From assembly GCA_002269645.1 (NCBI GenBank), contig NIVC01001267.1, positions 186,001-250,000 of the forward strand: 64,000 nt of DNA, read 5' to 3'. A model generated the notes under the pieces. The model worked only from the letters and a program-made list of their open reading frames with translations, did no database searches and had not been told where the DNA came from. Below are positions 41,201 to 53,329 of this stretch, piece after piece. Both the position numbers and the translations under genes were made by a program. The DNA is from Macrostomum lignano (lineage: Eukaryota). How positions within the stretch are numbered: the stretch's first letter is position 1; each line of letters starts with the position of its first letter.

Positions 41201-42439
41201 ATTCAAATTCAATTATTCACATTTAACTTTATATATTGTATATATATAGTGTATACATCTATATCTGACTTATTGATATACTGTCAGTTTGTAATTGCAC
41301 GCCAAGGTTACACGCCAAGTAAAAAACTTGTACGCTGAAAATTTAGGCGTGGCTTGAGACCCCTATTTGCACGCCAAAATTTTAGTGTGGCTTGTGCACG
41401 CGGGAAAATTCCCGTGTGCAAGCCACCTTCCTGAGTATGGTATCCATAGCAATGATAATTGATAAAACTAATTTGATTAAGCCTTATTGATAGCCTGTCA
41501 TAACATGTCTAATTAGTGCCTAAGCTGTTTTCTAATCCTAGGCTTAATGGTATTAACAATTTGTAAAGTAGGCCTACATAACATTATAAATTATACCCAT
41601 AGCCATAGGAATCCACACTCAGGATCATGTCATGTACGTTGGAAATTTGTGGCGCACATTCGGGACAGCTGGCATACACTTGGCATACAAAATTTTTGAA
41701 AGGGTCTTCTGGTGTACACCTTGTCGTATATACAATTGGCGTACCCTGCATGGCACATATACAAAGCGCATACTGCATGGCGCACATGAGGAGGCTATGC
41801 CACAGCTCCTGCAAAAGACAAAATCAAAGAATGTAAAATGCATGAAGTGTGAAATTTTGCACAAAGTTTAACCATGATTTTGCAAATATATTGTAACAAC
41901 AATTGACAACCATTGCTTCATTTAAAATATTCTCTAAATTGTGTTTTATACTTTTTTTCTTTATTTCTGAAATTAAAAACATAAATTTTTTTAAATCTTT
42001 AATTGATAGGGCCTAATCTTTACTTGCAATTACAAAACGCTATGTTCAACTTACAATATATTGTGATTTTGTGTATATTGCACATTTTTTTACATTAGGA
42101 TTAGGATTTAGGACTGGCACACCTGGCACACTTGTGCATTTTGCCTGGCATTACCTGGCGCACACCAAAAAAAATTTTGGGGTGGATTCTGGCGCACACA
42201 TAGCATGATTCTGACTATGGCCTGCTTGACTAGGCTAAGCTATAGCAACAATTTTTCAAGTATTAAAACTTATAAGGGGCCCTAAAAGTACAGCAAAACT
42301 AAACATTGTCATTGGTAATTGCTTGCTAGGTGGCTAGGCCTATACTAAAGAAAAAAGCACATAGGGAATGAATTTATTTCATTAGACATCGCCGACTTTG
42401 TCATCTAACTTACCAAGGATCTCTTGTATACTCTTCCAT
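38205..42439 (-). CDS. TIMM17: Mitochondrial inner-membrane translocase Tim17; exons 42414-42439 and 38921-39349, then either read-through to TAA at 38917 or a last exon 38205-38220
   Basis: MEEYTRDP(C)|[15 protein letters not shown]...[14 protein letters not shown]...[24 protein letters not shown] matches Tim17; phase-2 intron splits the Cys codon (TG|C). The ORF-track start MIAYK... is intronic. Confidence 0.94.
38230..38860. repeat. G-rich composite minisatellite (GATATGATGGC/GGAGATGGAGGATAC)
   Basis: Direct reading. Confidence 0.92.
40779..41440. mobile_element. MITE, CCAYA..CAGGAAG family, 662 bp, in TIMM17 intron 1
   Basis: Exact 8-bp TSD TATCCATA (40771-78 and 41441-48); TIR CCATAGTCAGGAAGGTGGC vs reverse-complemented CCATACTCAGGAAGGTGGC; subterminal GYACGCCA repeats. 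Confidence 0.9.
41613..42220. mobile_element. Older MITE of the same family, no TSD
   Basis: Ends CCACACTCAGGATCATG and reverse-complemented CCATAGTCAGAATCATG; right end resembles the right end of 29670-30503 over ~60 bp; TGGCGYAC motifs partly decayed. Confidence 0.7.
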
Positions 42440-43963
42440 GTTGCGGAATAAGCCTCAATTTTTTTTATAAATGCTGAAAAACTACCTTCGGACTTGGTTT
42501 TAGGTTACAAAATAAAAATGCTGTTCTTTAAACTTTTTTTCTAGCACTTATTTTATTCGTATTATATACAGCCTAACTAAAACAAATGACGTCAGTTATA
42601 ATTACAGTATCAGCTCAGTTCAACTAGCTTTTTTTTAACTTGCACCTGTGCGCCTGTCTTCTGCAGTTTCCACTCAGTTTAAAAATAGAAAAAAGCACAA
42701 GATTAACAAATTCATTTAGGAACTGTATAAATAAGCCGTTTTTGTTAATACCTAGCTAAAGAAAGTTATCAAAATACGCAGTTTATTGTATAATTTTTTA
42801 TGGTTACTTTTGCGTAACTTAAAATTAAGTTTAATTTTCGTATTTAAAACATTAGCGCGAACAAATTTCGTATTTAAAGACTATTTCTAATCTTCCAGCT
42901 ACCACCTATGTAACATGTAGCAAGGACATCTAAACATACATGTGAAATGATTTGACATGTAGAATTTTTTGTTTTTGTGTATCGTGTAGATCCAATGATG
43001 TTGGACAAAGTTTGAAGGGTTAAAATGAATTAATTCCAACATTGTACATGTAGTTCAGATCTCCATACATATATGTATTTATCTTATGTAGTGTAGATGA
43101 AAACGCATACGCAATGTTTATAGTGCATACTGAAAAATTGAATCGAGATTAGTTCAATCTTGTTTTTGACTTGCACAAATATATTCTGACTCACGAGACT
43201 TTTGCTTTTTTCATATAGGAGCGTATATTGGCATTTAGCATTAGATTGATTGAATCCATATTTTGCATCGCAAAGCCTGAGTTGAGATTACTCCGGTCTG
43301 TCAAAGACTCAAAAGGCCATAATGAATAAATAATAAGTACAAGCTACAGTATACGACAAGGGCATTGCGAGTATAGTGTGTCAAATGAAAATCTGAAAGT
43401 ATAATATTAATACATTCCAATTAAACGACTGAAAGTGAAACGGTTTAAACAAAACGGTACCTTTTATGCAGTTTTTACGGTTCGCGTTGTGCTAAATTAA
43501 AGATATATATGTACTTACTATATGTATGCTCGGTTTGGCATATGATCATATTGAAGAACCCCATTCCAAGTTGAAACTGCATACAATTCTAAAAGTAAAA
43601 TGTGGAAGAACAATAAAACCTAAAAGCACAGGAAATAATCAAACAATGTTTAGACATAGGAATGCGGAATACAAGGCGCATAAAATGATATGCAAACTTC
43701 AGAGCCTACTTCTTTAACAAAATAACGGGAGTATAAATAAACATATTATCTTTTTAAGTCATGAAATTTGTGAAATGAGTAATGAAACAAGTCATAAGTA
43801 ACTTTCTACCATGGTTCAGTACAATAAAATGCAAATAAAGAACTGCAAATCCAAGAAAAAGAAAACTTAGGTCCATAAAATTTTCTTACTTTTCTACTTG
43901 TAGTAGAGAAGACTGAGTAGTAACTCGCTTGAAGAAAAAATATTTTGTTTTAAAATACCGTCG

Positions 43964-46900
43964 TCACCACCACGAAGACGTTGGAAATTGTTTCTGCAAC
44001 GCTTTGTGCCGTTCAGAATCAGAGAAATTCAACACGGTACACATCGCTGTTAGCACTGTTCTCTTAGTCCGGCCATCGTCCGACAGGGTGAGGTAGCGAT
44101 AAACCAGATTGCGCACGTACTCGACGGACTCTTGAGTCGGCTGCTGGCACCTGGCTAATTGGACTCGGAGATCGGCGATGATCTGGCGCTGTTCGGCCAG
44201 TTCAGCTTGCAGGCAGCGCAGCCGGTGCTCGGCTTGGCGACGGGCATCGCGCAGGGCTGCCATGTCCGCCTGGGCAAGGGCGCCTTCCAGCTGAGAGTGC
44301 ACACTGGCGCATGCGGCTGCTCCGGACCGCAAGTTGGATAGCTGGAAGTTGGAGAGAGCTCTGTGTACTTTTGGCAGACTAGGGTGGGGTGAAGAGCTCT
44401 GTGTACTTTTGGTAGACTAGGGTGGGGGTGAAGAGCTCTGTGTACTTTTGGTAGACTAGGGTGTGGGTGAAGAGCTCTGTGTACTTTTGGTAGACTAAGG
44501 TGGTGGTGAAGAGCTCTGTGTACTTTTGGTAGACTAGGGTGGGGGTGAAGAGCTCTGTGTACTTTTGGTAGACTAGGGTGTGGGTGAAGAGCTCTGTGTA
44601 CTTTTGGTAGACTAGGGTGGTGGTGAAGAGCTCTGTGTACTTTTGGTAGACTAGGGTGGTGGTGAAGAGCTCTGTGTACTTTTGGTAAACTAGGGTGGGG
44701 GTGAAGAGCTCTGGGTACTTTGAGAGACTGGGGTGTGGGTGAATAGCTCTGTGTACTTTGAAAGACTGGGGTTTGGGTGAAGAGCTCTGTGTACTTTGAG
44801 AGACTGGGATGGGGGTGAAGAGCTCTGGGTACTTTGAGAGACTAATGTGGAGAGCAGAGGTCTGAGTACTTTTAGAGGCTGGGTGGAGGGTAAAGAGCTC
44901 TCTGTACTTTGAGAGACTGAGGTGTGGATGAAGAGCTCTGTGTCCTTTACGACCACTGGGTTGGAGGATGAAGAGTAGTGTGTACTTTAGGAGAGACTGG
45001 GATTTGAGATGAAGAGCTGTATGTACTATATGAGATAGGGGTGAAGGATCAAGAAAGACCATTGCGTAATTTAAAAGACTGGAGTGCGGAGATGATGAAG
45101 AACTCGGTGTGCACTTTAGGAGGATACAGAGCTGTGAAAAGTGGAGACTGGGGTGAATAAAGAAAGAAACCGTGAAGCATGGTTTTGCACTCACGAGTAG
45201 GGTTTCATCAGCCTCGCTGCTGCCGCCAGCAGCCGCCGCCGCCGCCGACACCGATGCAGTCCTTCCGGTCGACGAAGCAGCAGGAACTCGCTGAGCCTCC
45301 TTCAACTCGGCGTCCTTCTCAGCCAGCAGGCGCAGGGTTCGATCCCGATGCTTGGCCAGCTCCGCCTCGGCCTCCAGCGCCCTGGCCGTGAGCTCCCGTC
45401 TCAGCGAGGCCATTTCGTCTCGGTGCCGACGCTCCGCGGTAGCCAGGCGCTCCTGCTGCGCCCGGTCCCGGCTGGCGGCGTCGGCTTCCAACGATTGGCA
45501 GCGCTCGCGACAGTTGCGAAGGTCGCGTTGAAGCCGTTGAAGCTCGGACTGCTGCTGCTGTTGCTGATGAAACGGCGGCGGCTGCGTGTGCGAAGACACG
45601 AGGGCCGGCGGAGTCGGCGGAGCGGTCAGCAGACGCAGACGGCAGGAGTCAAGCTCGGCGCGCAGTTCGCGAATCTGTTGAATCAGTTCAATGTAGAGTG
45701 TGCTTACTGATAGTAGCAAGTTGGGGGCGTGAAAGTGAAATTGTTGCTCCGACTCGGGGAACTTATTCTCTGCTGGTAAAGAGGGGAATTTATTCTCTGC
45801 TGGTATGGAGGGGAATTTTTTCTAATGTTGTAGAGGGGAATTTATTCTCTGCTGGTATGGAGGGGAATTTTTTCTCTAATGTTGTAGAGGGGAATTTATT
45901 CTCTGCTGGTATGGAGGGGAATTTTTCTCTAATGTTGTAGAGGGGAATTTATTCTCTGCTGGTATGGAGGGGAATTTTTTCTCAGACGACACACTGTCTG
46001 AGGAGAATTTATTCTCAGGTGACACGCTGAGGGGAATTCATTTTCAGATGACACACTGAGGGGAATTTATTCTCAGATGACACACTGAGGGGAATTTATT
46101 CTCAGATGACACACCGAGGGGAATTTATTCTCAGATGACACACTGAGGGGAATTCATTCTCAGATGACACACTGAGGGGAATTCATTCTCAGATGACACA
46201 CTGAGGGGAATTCATTCTCAGATTACACGCTGAGGGGAATTCATTTTCAGATGACACACTGAGGGGAATTCATTTTCAGATGACACGCTGAGGGGAATTC
46301 ATTTTCAGATGACACACTGAGGGGAATTTATTCTCAGATGACACACTGAGGGGAATTCATTCTCAGATGACACACTGAGGGGAATTCATTCTCAGATGAC
46401 ACACTGAGGGGAATTTATTCTCAGGTGACACATAGGGAATTATTTCCAAAAGGAATTTTTCAATTCCAGACAGACCTGCTCTTGACAGGCGGAGTGCAGC
46501 TCATCAGCGGTCGGATCTGATTGGTTGGCCGCCCCGGAGCTGCTATATAAGTACGCCAACGAATAGGCCTCGTCAGATTTGGCTGATTCTGTAGAAAGTT
46601 GCTGAAGAAAAAAAAAATTTTTCTATGCTTATTTTAACTTGATTGCTTGATTGAATCATGCGCAAACACCAACCTGAGCTAGCGACCTTCGCTGAACTGG
46701 TTCCACAACTGCTACAGGATGTACAGCTGAACTGTTTCCTCCACTACCGCCGCTGCTGCCTCCTCCACAGTCAGCAGCAGAAGCAGCAGAAGCAGCAGAA
46801 GCAGCATTTTGAAGCTGCAATCGCAGTTCCCGATTCTCGCGGTCCAAATCTTCAAGGCGTTCGCGAAGTCGGCCAGCCGATCGCGCGTCGGCCTGATAGT

Positions 46901-48644
46901 TTAGTTAAAAGTTATCAAGTTATATATTTTGTAAAGCTCTGCTCAAACTGGGAGATGCTTAGGATGCTGAGACGCCACTGCTCAAACTGGGAGATGCTGA
47001 GACACCACTGCTCAAACTGGGAGATGCTGAGACGCCACTGCTCAAACTGGGAGATGCTGAGACGCCACTGCTCAAACTGGGAGATGCTGAGATGCCAGTG
47101 CTCAAACTGGGAGATGCTCAAGATGCTGAGATGCCAGTGCTCAAAATAGGATATGCTGAGATGCCAGTGCTCAAACTGGGAGATGCTCAAGATGCTGAGA
47201 TGCCAGTGCTTAAAATTGGAGATGCTGAGACTCCACTGCTCAAACTGGGAGATGCTCAAGATGCTGAGATGCCAGTGCTCAAACTGGGAGATGCTGAGAT
47301 GCCAGTGCTCAAACTGGGAGATGATGAGATGCCAGTGCTCAAACTGGGAGATGCTGAGATGCCAGTGCTCAAACTGGGAGATGCTGAGATGCCAGTGCTC
47401 AAACTGGGAGATGATGAGATGCCAGTGCTCAAACTGGGAGATGCTCAAGATGCTGAGATGCCAGTGCTCAAAATGGGAGATGCTCAAGATGCTGAGATGC
47501 CAGTGCTCAAAATGGGAGATTCTGAGATGCCATTGCTCAAACTGGGAGATGCTCAAGATGCTGAGATGCCATTGCTCAAACTGGGAGATGCTCAAGATGC
47601 TGAGATGCCAGTGCTCAAAATGGGAGATGCTCAAGATGCTGAGATGCCATTGCTCAAACTGGGAGATGCTCAAGATGCTGAGATGCCATTGCTCAAACTG
47701 GGAGATGCTCAAGATGCTGAGATGCCACTGCTCAAACTGGGAGATGCTCAAGATGCTGAGATGCCACTGCTCAAACTGGGAGATGCTCAAGATGCTGAGA
47801 TGCCACTGCTCAAACTGGGAGATGCTCAAGATGCTGAGATGCCACTGCTCAAACTGGGAGATGCTCAAGATGCTGAGATGCCATTGCTCAAACTGGGAGA
47901 TGCTCAAGATGCTGAGATGCCACTGCTCAAACTGGGAGATGCTCAAGATGCTGAGATGCCACTGCTCAAACTGGGAGATGCTCAAGATGCTGAGATGTCA
48001 GTGCTCAAACTGGGAGATGCTGAGATGCCAGTGCTCAAACTGGGAGATGCTGAGATGCCAGTGCTCAAAATGGGAGATGCTGAGATGTAAGTGCTCAAAA
48101 TGGGAGATGCTGAGATGCCAGTGCTCAAACTGGGAGATGCTGACGCTGATTTTGTATTATACTAATAAAAGTAGTAGAAAACATTCCCGCTCTTTAAGCC
48201 AGCCAAAAGTGAAGTTAAAAGAAGATTTTGTCACTAGTCACCTGCCGTCGGCGCTCGGCCTCGCCCAAGCTGGCCGCCAGCTGGGCCACGCGGGCCTCCA
48301 GCTCGTCCGCCCGGCTCTCCCGCTGCCCCGTGCTGGCCGCCGCCTCGGCCAAGCGCGACTCCATCGAGCGCTCCAGCTGCGCCACGGCCCTGCGGTGCGA
48401 CGCCTCCTGGCTGGTCAGGGAGCGGCTGGCATCCGACAGCTGGCGGCGAAGGTTGGCCAGCTGCGACTCCGCCTGCGGTGCGGTGAAGGTCGATTGAGAC
48501 TGGCTGAGAGACAGACGGACTCTTAATCAAACCACCACCATGGACATCCTGGCGCAACTTCTTTGGCGATATCGGCTCACAACCAGCGCTAACGGCAATT
48601 CTGCACATTCCGCTGACTCCTGAGCACACACAAGCGCCAATACT

Positions 48645-48692
<48 letters not shown>

Positions 48693-48865
48693 CACAGACA
48701 GACAGACAGACAGACAGACACACAGACAGACAGACAGACACAGACAGACAGACAGACAGACACACAGACAGACAGACAGACACAGACAGACAGACAGACA
48801 CACAGACAGACAGACAGACAGATAGACAGACAGACACACAGACAGACAGACAGACAGACAGACAC

Positions 48866-48908
<43 letters not shown>

Positions 48909-48933
48909 CACAGACAGACAGACAGACAGACAC

Positions 48934-49028
<95 letters not shown>

Positions 49029-49029
49029 T

Positions 49030-49088
<59 letters not shown>

Positions 49089-50138
49089 CAGACTCACCTC
49101 CTCTCTAGCCGCAGTCTCTGCAGCCAGCCGGGAGCTAAGCGCACTGGTGTCCTGCTCCACCTTGGCCTGCTGTCTGGCGCGGGATCTTAATTCGTTCAAT
49201 TGAGCCTCAAGATCGCGTCGAACAATGGCACAGGACTCCAGGTCACGCTTCTGCTCAGCTATTGTGTGCTCAAACTCTTCCTGCGGGTGCGAAGAGGTAG
49301 CTTTGGATGGAGTTTCAAGTTGCTAGTGTGAAGACAAGGCTGTTTGGGAGACAGGGCTGTGGGGATCTGGGAGACAGGGCTGTGGGGATCTGGGAGACAG
49401 GGCTGTGGGGATCTGGGAGACAGGGCTGTGGGGATCTGGGAGACAGGGCTGTAGGGATCTGGGAGACAGGGCTGTGGGGATCTGGGAAACAGGGCTGTAG
49501 GGATCTGGGAGACAGGGCTGTAGGGATCTGGGAGACAGGGCTGTAGGGATCTGGGAGACAGGGCTGTGGGGATCTGGGAGCCAGGGCTGTGGGGATCTGG
49601 TAGGACAGGTCGAACAAAACATTACAATTAGTGCAAAATCAAACTGACCCTGAGAATCCGTTTGTCAGCCTGATAAGTGGCATGCAATTCGTTTTTCTGT
49701 TGAGTCAAAGCGTTCACGCTTTCTAACAGTTTAGCTATGCGAGCTTCGTAAGCCTCGGCAGCTTCTGAGGTGACACCAGCGGATGATTCATCTTCTCCTT
49801 CATCAGGTTTAGTCTCAGCAGTAGTTGAGGCGGCAGTCCTATGTGGACTAGGTCGCTTGTTTCTGCTCGTAGAAGCAAAATTCACCTGCTGAAGAGTGTC
49901 CTCCAGGGCGGCTTTCTCTTTTTGTAGATTTTTGAATGCGACAACAACATCTGTTGGTTTGAAGTGATGAGCACAGGCGCAAAATGTTTAGATAGATTCT
50001 TATCTAGCTATCTGAAAGTGACTGCAAGTTTGAGTAGAGCACTTTACCTGTGAGTCGCTTCTCATAGCGTTCAATTTTATGGTCACGTTCTTTGATCTTG
50101 TCTATCAGCTGCTGCTTGTCTGCTGTTGAATAGTCCAT
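43964..50138 (-). CDS. GCC1: GRIP-domain golgin GCC88; exons 50048-50138, 49649-49950, 49098-49280, 48242-48499, 46674-46892, 46476-46601, 45195-45674, 43964-44341; ~678 aa
   Basis: N-terminal [23 protein letters not shown] matches GCC88 (YQARLKDVVRAYKSLLKEKEALE); [17 protein letters not shown]; C-terminal [16 protein letters not shown]...[12 protein letters not shown]...SWW. All phases match. Confidence 0.9.
44350..44960. repeat. 39-bp minisatellite GAAGAGCTCTGTGTACTTTTGGTAGACTAGGGTGGGGGT, GCC1 last intron
   Basis: Reaches the acceptor pyrimidine tract. Confidence 0.93.
45750..46440. repeat. GAGGGGAATT-based minisatellites (29-bp main unit), GCC1 intron
   Basis: Direct reading. Confidence 0.92.
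46935..48145. repeat. 30/39-bp minisatellite CTCAAACTGGGAGATGCT(CAAGATGCT)GAGATGCCA, GCC1 intron
   Basis: Explains the [10 protein letters not shown] and CSNWEML ORFs. Confidence 0.96.
48645..49090. repeat. (GACA)n microsatellite
   Basis: Direct reading. Confidence 0.97.
49340..49600. repeat. 23-bp minisatellite GGGATCTGGGAGACAGGGCTGTR
   Basis: Direct reading. Confidence 0.94.
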
Positions 50139-51915
50139 GATAGTTTATTTAACAAGAAGGCTCAATATTTGCCACCTGATCTAGACTTTATGCAGAAACA
50201 ATGTAAGCAGAGTCAAATGTTCTTTAAATTACACTTGGCAGACATATTTTGAATGTTTAAGCTAAGATTACAACTAATATTTCTATAGCAAAACTAAATA
50301 TTTCAAAAAAAATATTTGAAATTTGAACATATTTTGTTTTAATCCTATGCATTCTTGTCATTTTACATTTATTATTGATTTTCACATTACAAAGATTTTA
50401 GGTCATATTTTATTTGAATGAAATTTTTTTGTTATATCAAAAAGATACTATACAATATATTAAATATCTAAGTAGTATAATTTGAAAAATGATACACTTA
50501 TATACAATCTAGTTTTATATATCTCAATGTTTGGCATATTAAAAAAAATGACTAGTAAATTGTCATGCAAGCAAGTAAAATGTTAGCTATGTCACAAATT
50601 TGGGGAAAGATTTTCTTTCTATAAACCAAATGTCTAAAATCTAAATAGGTTTTGGAAACTTTGGATACACAATATATATAGCTAGTCTAAGACAGTAAGA
50701 TGAAATAGTCTAATCAAGTTAAATCATAAATTTCAAAAGAGAGTTTCACCTTCAAATTTACATCATAGAATATAAGGTTAACAATATGCCTTTGGCTAAG
50801 GCTTTGGTCAATACTAAATTCGATGATCAAGTAGAAAGTTTCTTGTTAAAGCATTCTTTCTCCAATGTAAATTGCTATTAAGTGTTACTTGTCTTTGAAA
50901 TATTGAATAGTATAACATTTCTGCTAATGCAGTCGCTATTTTTGGGTTAGTGCCCAAAGGGAAAAATGAATGCTGAGTATAGATATATTATATTGAAATA
51001 AAAAATGATTAGTTTCCTCTCTACCAATCGCTGTCCTATGGCTAGCTATCCAAAACCAGAACACACAGGACACAGTAAGTATCAAAAGGTCTAGCTCTAA
51101 ATAAATTATTTTTTCCTGGGAAATATAATCTAGCTATTTAGAAACTACGAATTCATATAGCTACATGAAAGTGTATGAAATAGACCAAGACCATCATCTC
51201 AAAGCACTAAAATTGAATCAATCATGACAAACAAGAAGTTTATTTCTAGGAAATTCTTCACGATTCGAATGGTGCCGGATATGTTTTCGTGTTTTTAACG
51301 TCAGGTAATAGTAGTTGCTCTGAATGATTCCAGTCGAAATAATTCCAAGTTGAACCTAGCTCACTAATGGGTGACAGATTTTAAATAAAAAATTTGAATA
51401 GCATATTATCCAAATTAATTGTAAGAAAATATCGAAATTACTAATACACGCGCGCTGTACATGCATGATGGATGTACATGTAACACTATCATAACCCGCG
51501 TATAGCTGCTTGTACAGTATACGTGTACATGTTTCCGTCCATGAAGATTTTTCAACACAAATACATTGTTGTGATACAAAAGGTTTATCTACTGGGCATA
51601 AGGAAATTTTGACTATCGCTTATAGCTAGGCTATTTTGATCATGACAAGTACATACAGTAGCTACAGAAGTAAAATTGAATGAATTATCGCGCGCACCTT
51701 TCTGTTAAATTGCTTTGCGAACTTACAATTACTGTATTCACAAGTAGATGTAATACGCGATATTAATATATTCTGATTTACATTCATATACATGTTAAAG
51801 TGCATGTACAGGCGTTCGAAAATACGCTTACGGCGTGTATGATCGATATCGAGTACACATGAGGAATGAGTTGTTACCATTGCATGCATGCATATATATA
51901 ATGGCCTCCTTCTAG

Positions 51916-52990
51916 TTAGTCCCCACGAATGCAGCACGGAAACACAAATTGCGTAAACTGTCGTTGAAAAGTCAAATAGATCAGCGGATTCACTAGTGAG
52001 TTGATGGCAGACAAGAACGGGAATACAAACAGCACGGCCATGGGATTAATTCGCGCGGCCGCCATCGGATCTACGTACCACAGCATCGAGCTACAGGAAT
52101 CCGGCATGTTCAACGCGATGAACGCGACTACGGTCAGGCCGATTATTAACGTTAATCGACGCGATGCGGCTTCCGATTTTGATCCATTCGGTTGCAATCC
52201 GGCCGATCGTCTCAGCTGCACAATGATGATGGCGTAGCATACAGACTGCTGGCAGGAATATCACCGTGCCCCAGCAGAGCCACACCAGCACGGTGATCAG
52301 CGTGGATGACACTTGACTGCGAAAATCGCATATTATAATCGTTGGAGCCGGCGACTGCAGGGTTGCATTGTTGATGAGCTCTTGTGAACCATCTTCAATG
52401 GTGTAGTTGGAATCCAATGGAATCGCTTGTGGCCATGCGGACAATAGCGTGGCCGGTACGTAACCATAGAAACCACTTGTAAACACCATCGTGTAGAACA
52501 GTTTCATAACTGTCCATTCGTGTCGCTTCCACCAGAACGGACAGCTGATGCACAGACAGCGCTCAATCGAGAATGCCAGATTATTGTAGATACTGCAGAT
52601 AATTAGATACCAAACTTGAATTGTCCCCTGGTTGCCTAGGAGACAGAAGGCAATCCAACCGGCGGTTACTTCCGCGACGTCGGCGCCCGGTTTTGGTATT
52701 GCTTGTAGCTGAACAAACACCAGATTAGTGACAACAACTAGCAGGTCAATGGCTGCCTGACTGCGGACCAGATAGGGGGCCGATCTAGACGCAATCCGAT
52801 GACGCAACGCGAACGCCAATAGGAGAATGTTGAGCAGGATTGCCAAGCTTAGCAGCGAAATAGTCACTGCAAAGTGTTCCACTCGCCCATTTCTGTGCAG
52901 CTGCTGATGACAATGCGGAATGTTTTTGTTGCCACTTATATATCCATTTGCAATTAAGGATCTGGTCTCTCTGCTGCGCAGGTGTGCCAC
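51916..52990 (-). pseudogene. Intronless class A (rhodopsin-like) GPCR with a frameshift in TM5 and no in-frame ATG before TM1
   Basis: Seven hydrophobic segments across two overlapping frames; SIERC (DRY-like), IFLPA.. then CYAIIIVQLRRS in the next frame, ALNMPDS (TM6), INSLVNPLIY (NPxxY). Shift at ~52237-52250. Confidence 0.75.
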
Positions 52991-53329
52991 TTCCCAACAA
53001 ACAATTAGGGATGATTAAGCTACAGTATGAAGAGTTGAAAGCCCCAGTTGTCTAAGTAAATATTGGAAAATTTCTAAATGGGAGACATTACTTCGTAGAT
53101 TGAGATCCATCTATCATGTATCCAGGCTCGAAAAATATCTGAAGGCTCATCCATTATCGTCCCATACGCTCAACTAGATTTGATACTTGGCAGATCGAGT
53201 ACTAGCTCACCTCACACTTGAGTTGATTGTTACTTAATTAATTAAATTAATATTTACTTTATTGTATTGGCTCGCAGGGGGGTTGCGGCTTAATGGATTG
53301 GCAAATTTTAATTACAGCATGGAAGCTGT

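Noticed and set aside
48520-48640. Non-repetitive stretch as an extra GCC1 exon
   Set aside because: Splice sites are weak, there is no coiled-coil character, and the flanking exons already join in phase.
52216-52250. 31-nt or 40-nt micro-intron to repair the GPCR frameshift
   Set aside because: Either would delete conserved TM5 residues (CYAIIIVQ or WGTVIFLPA).
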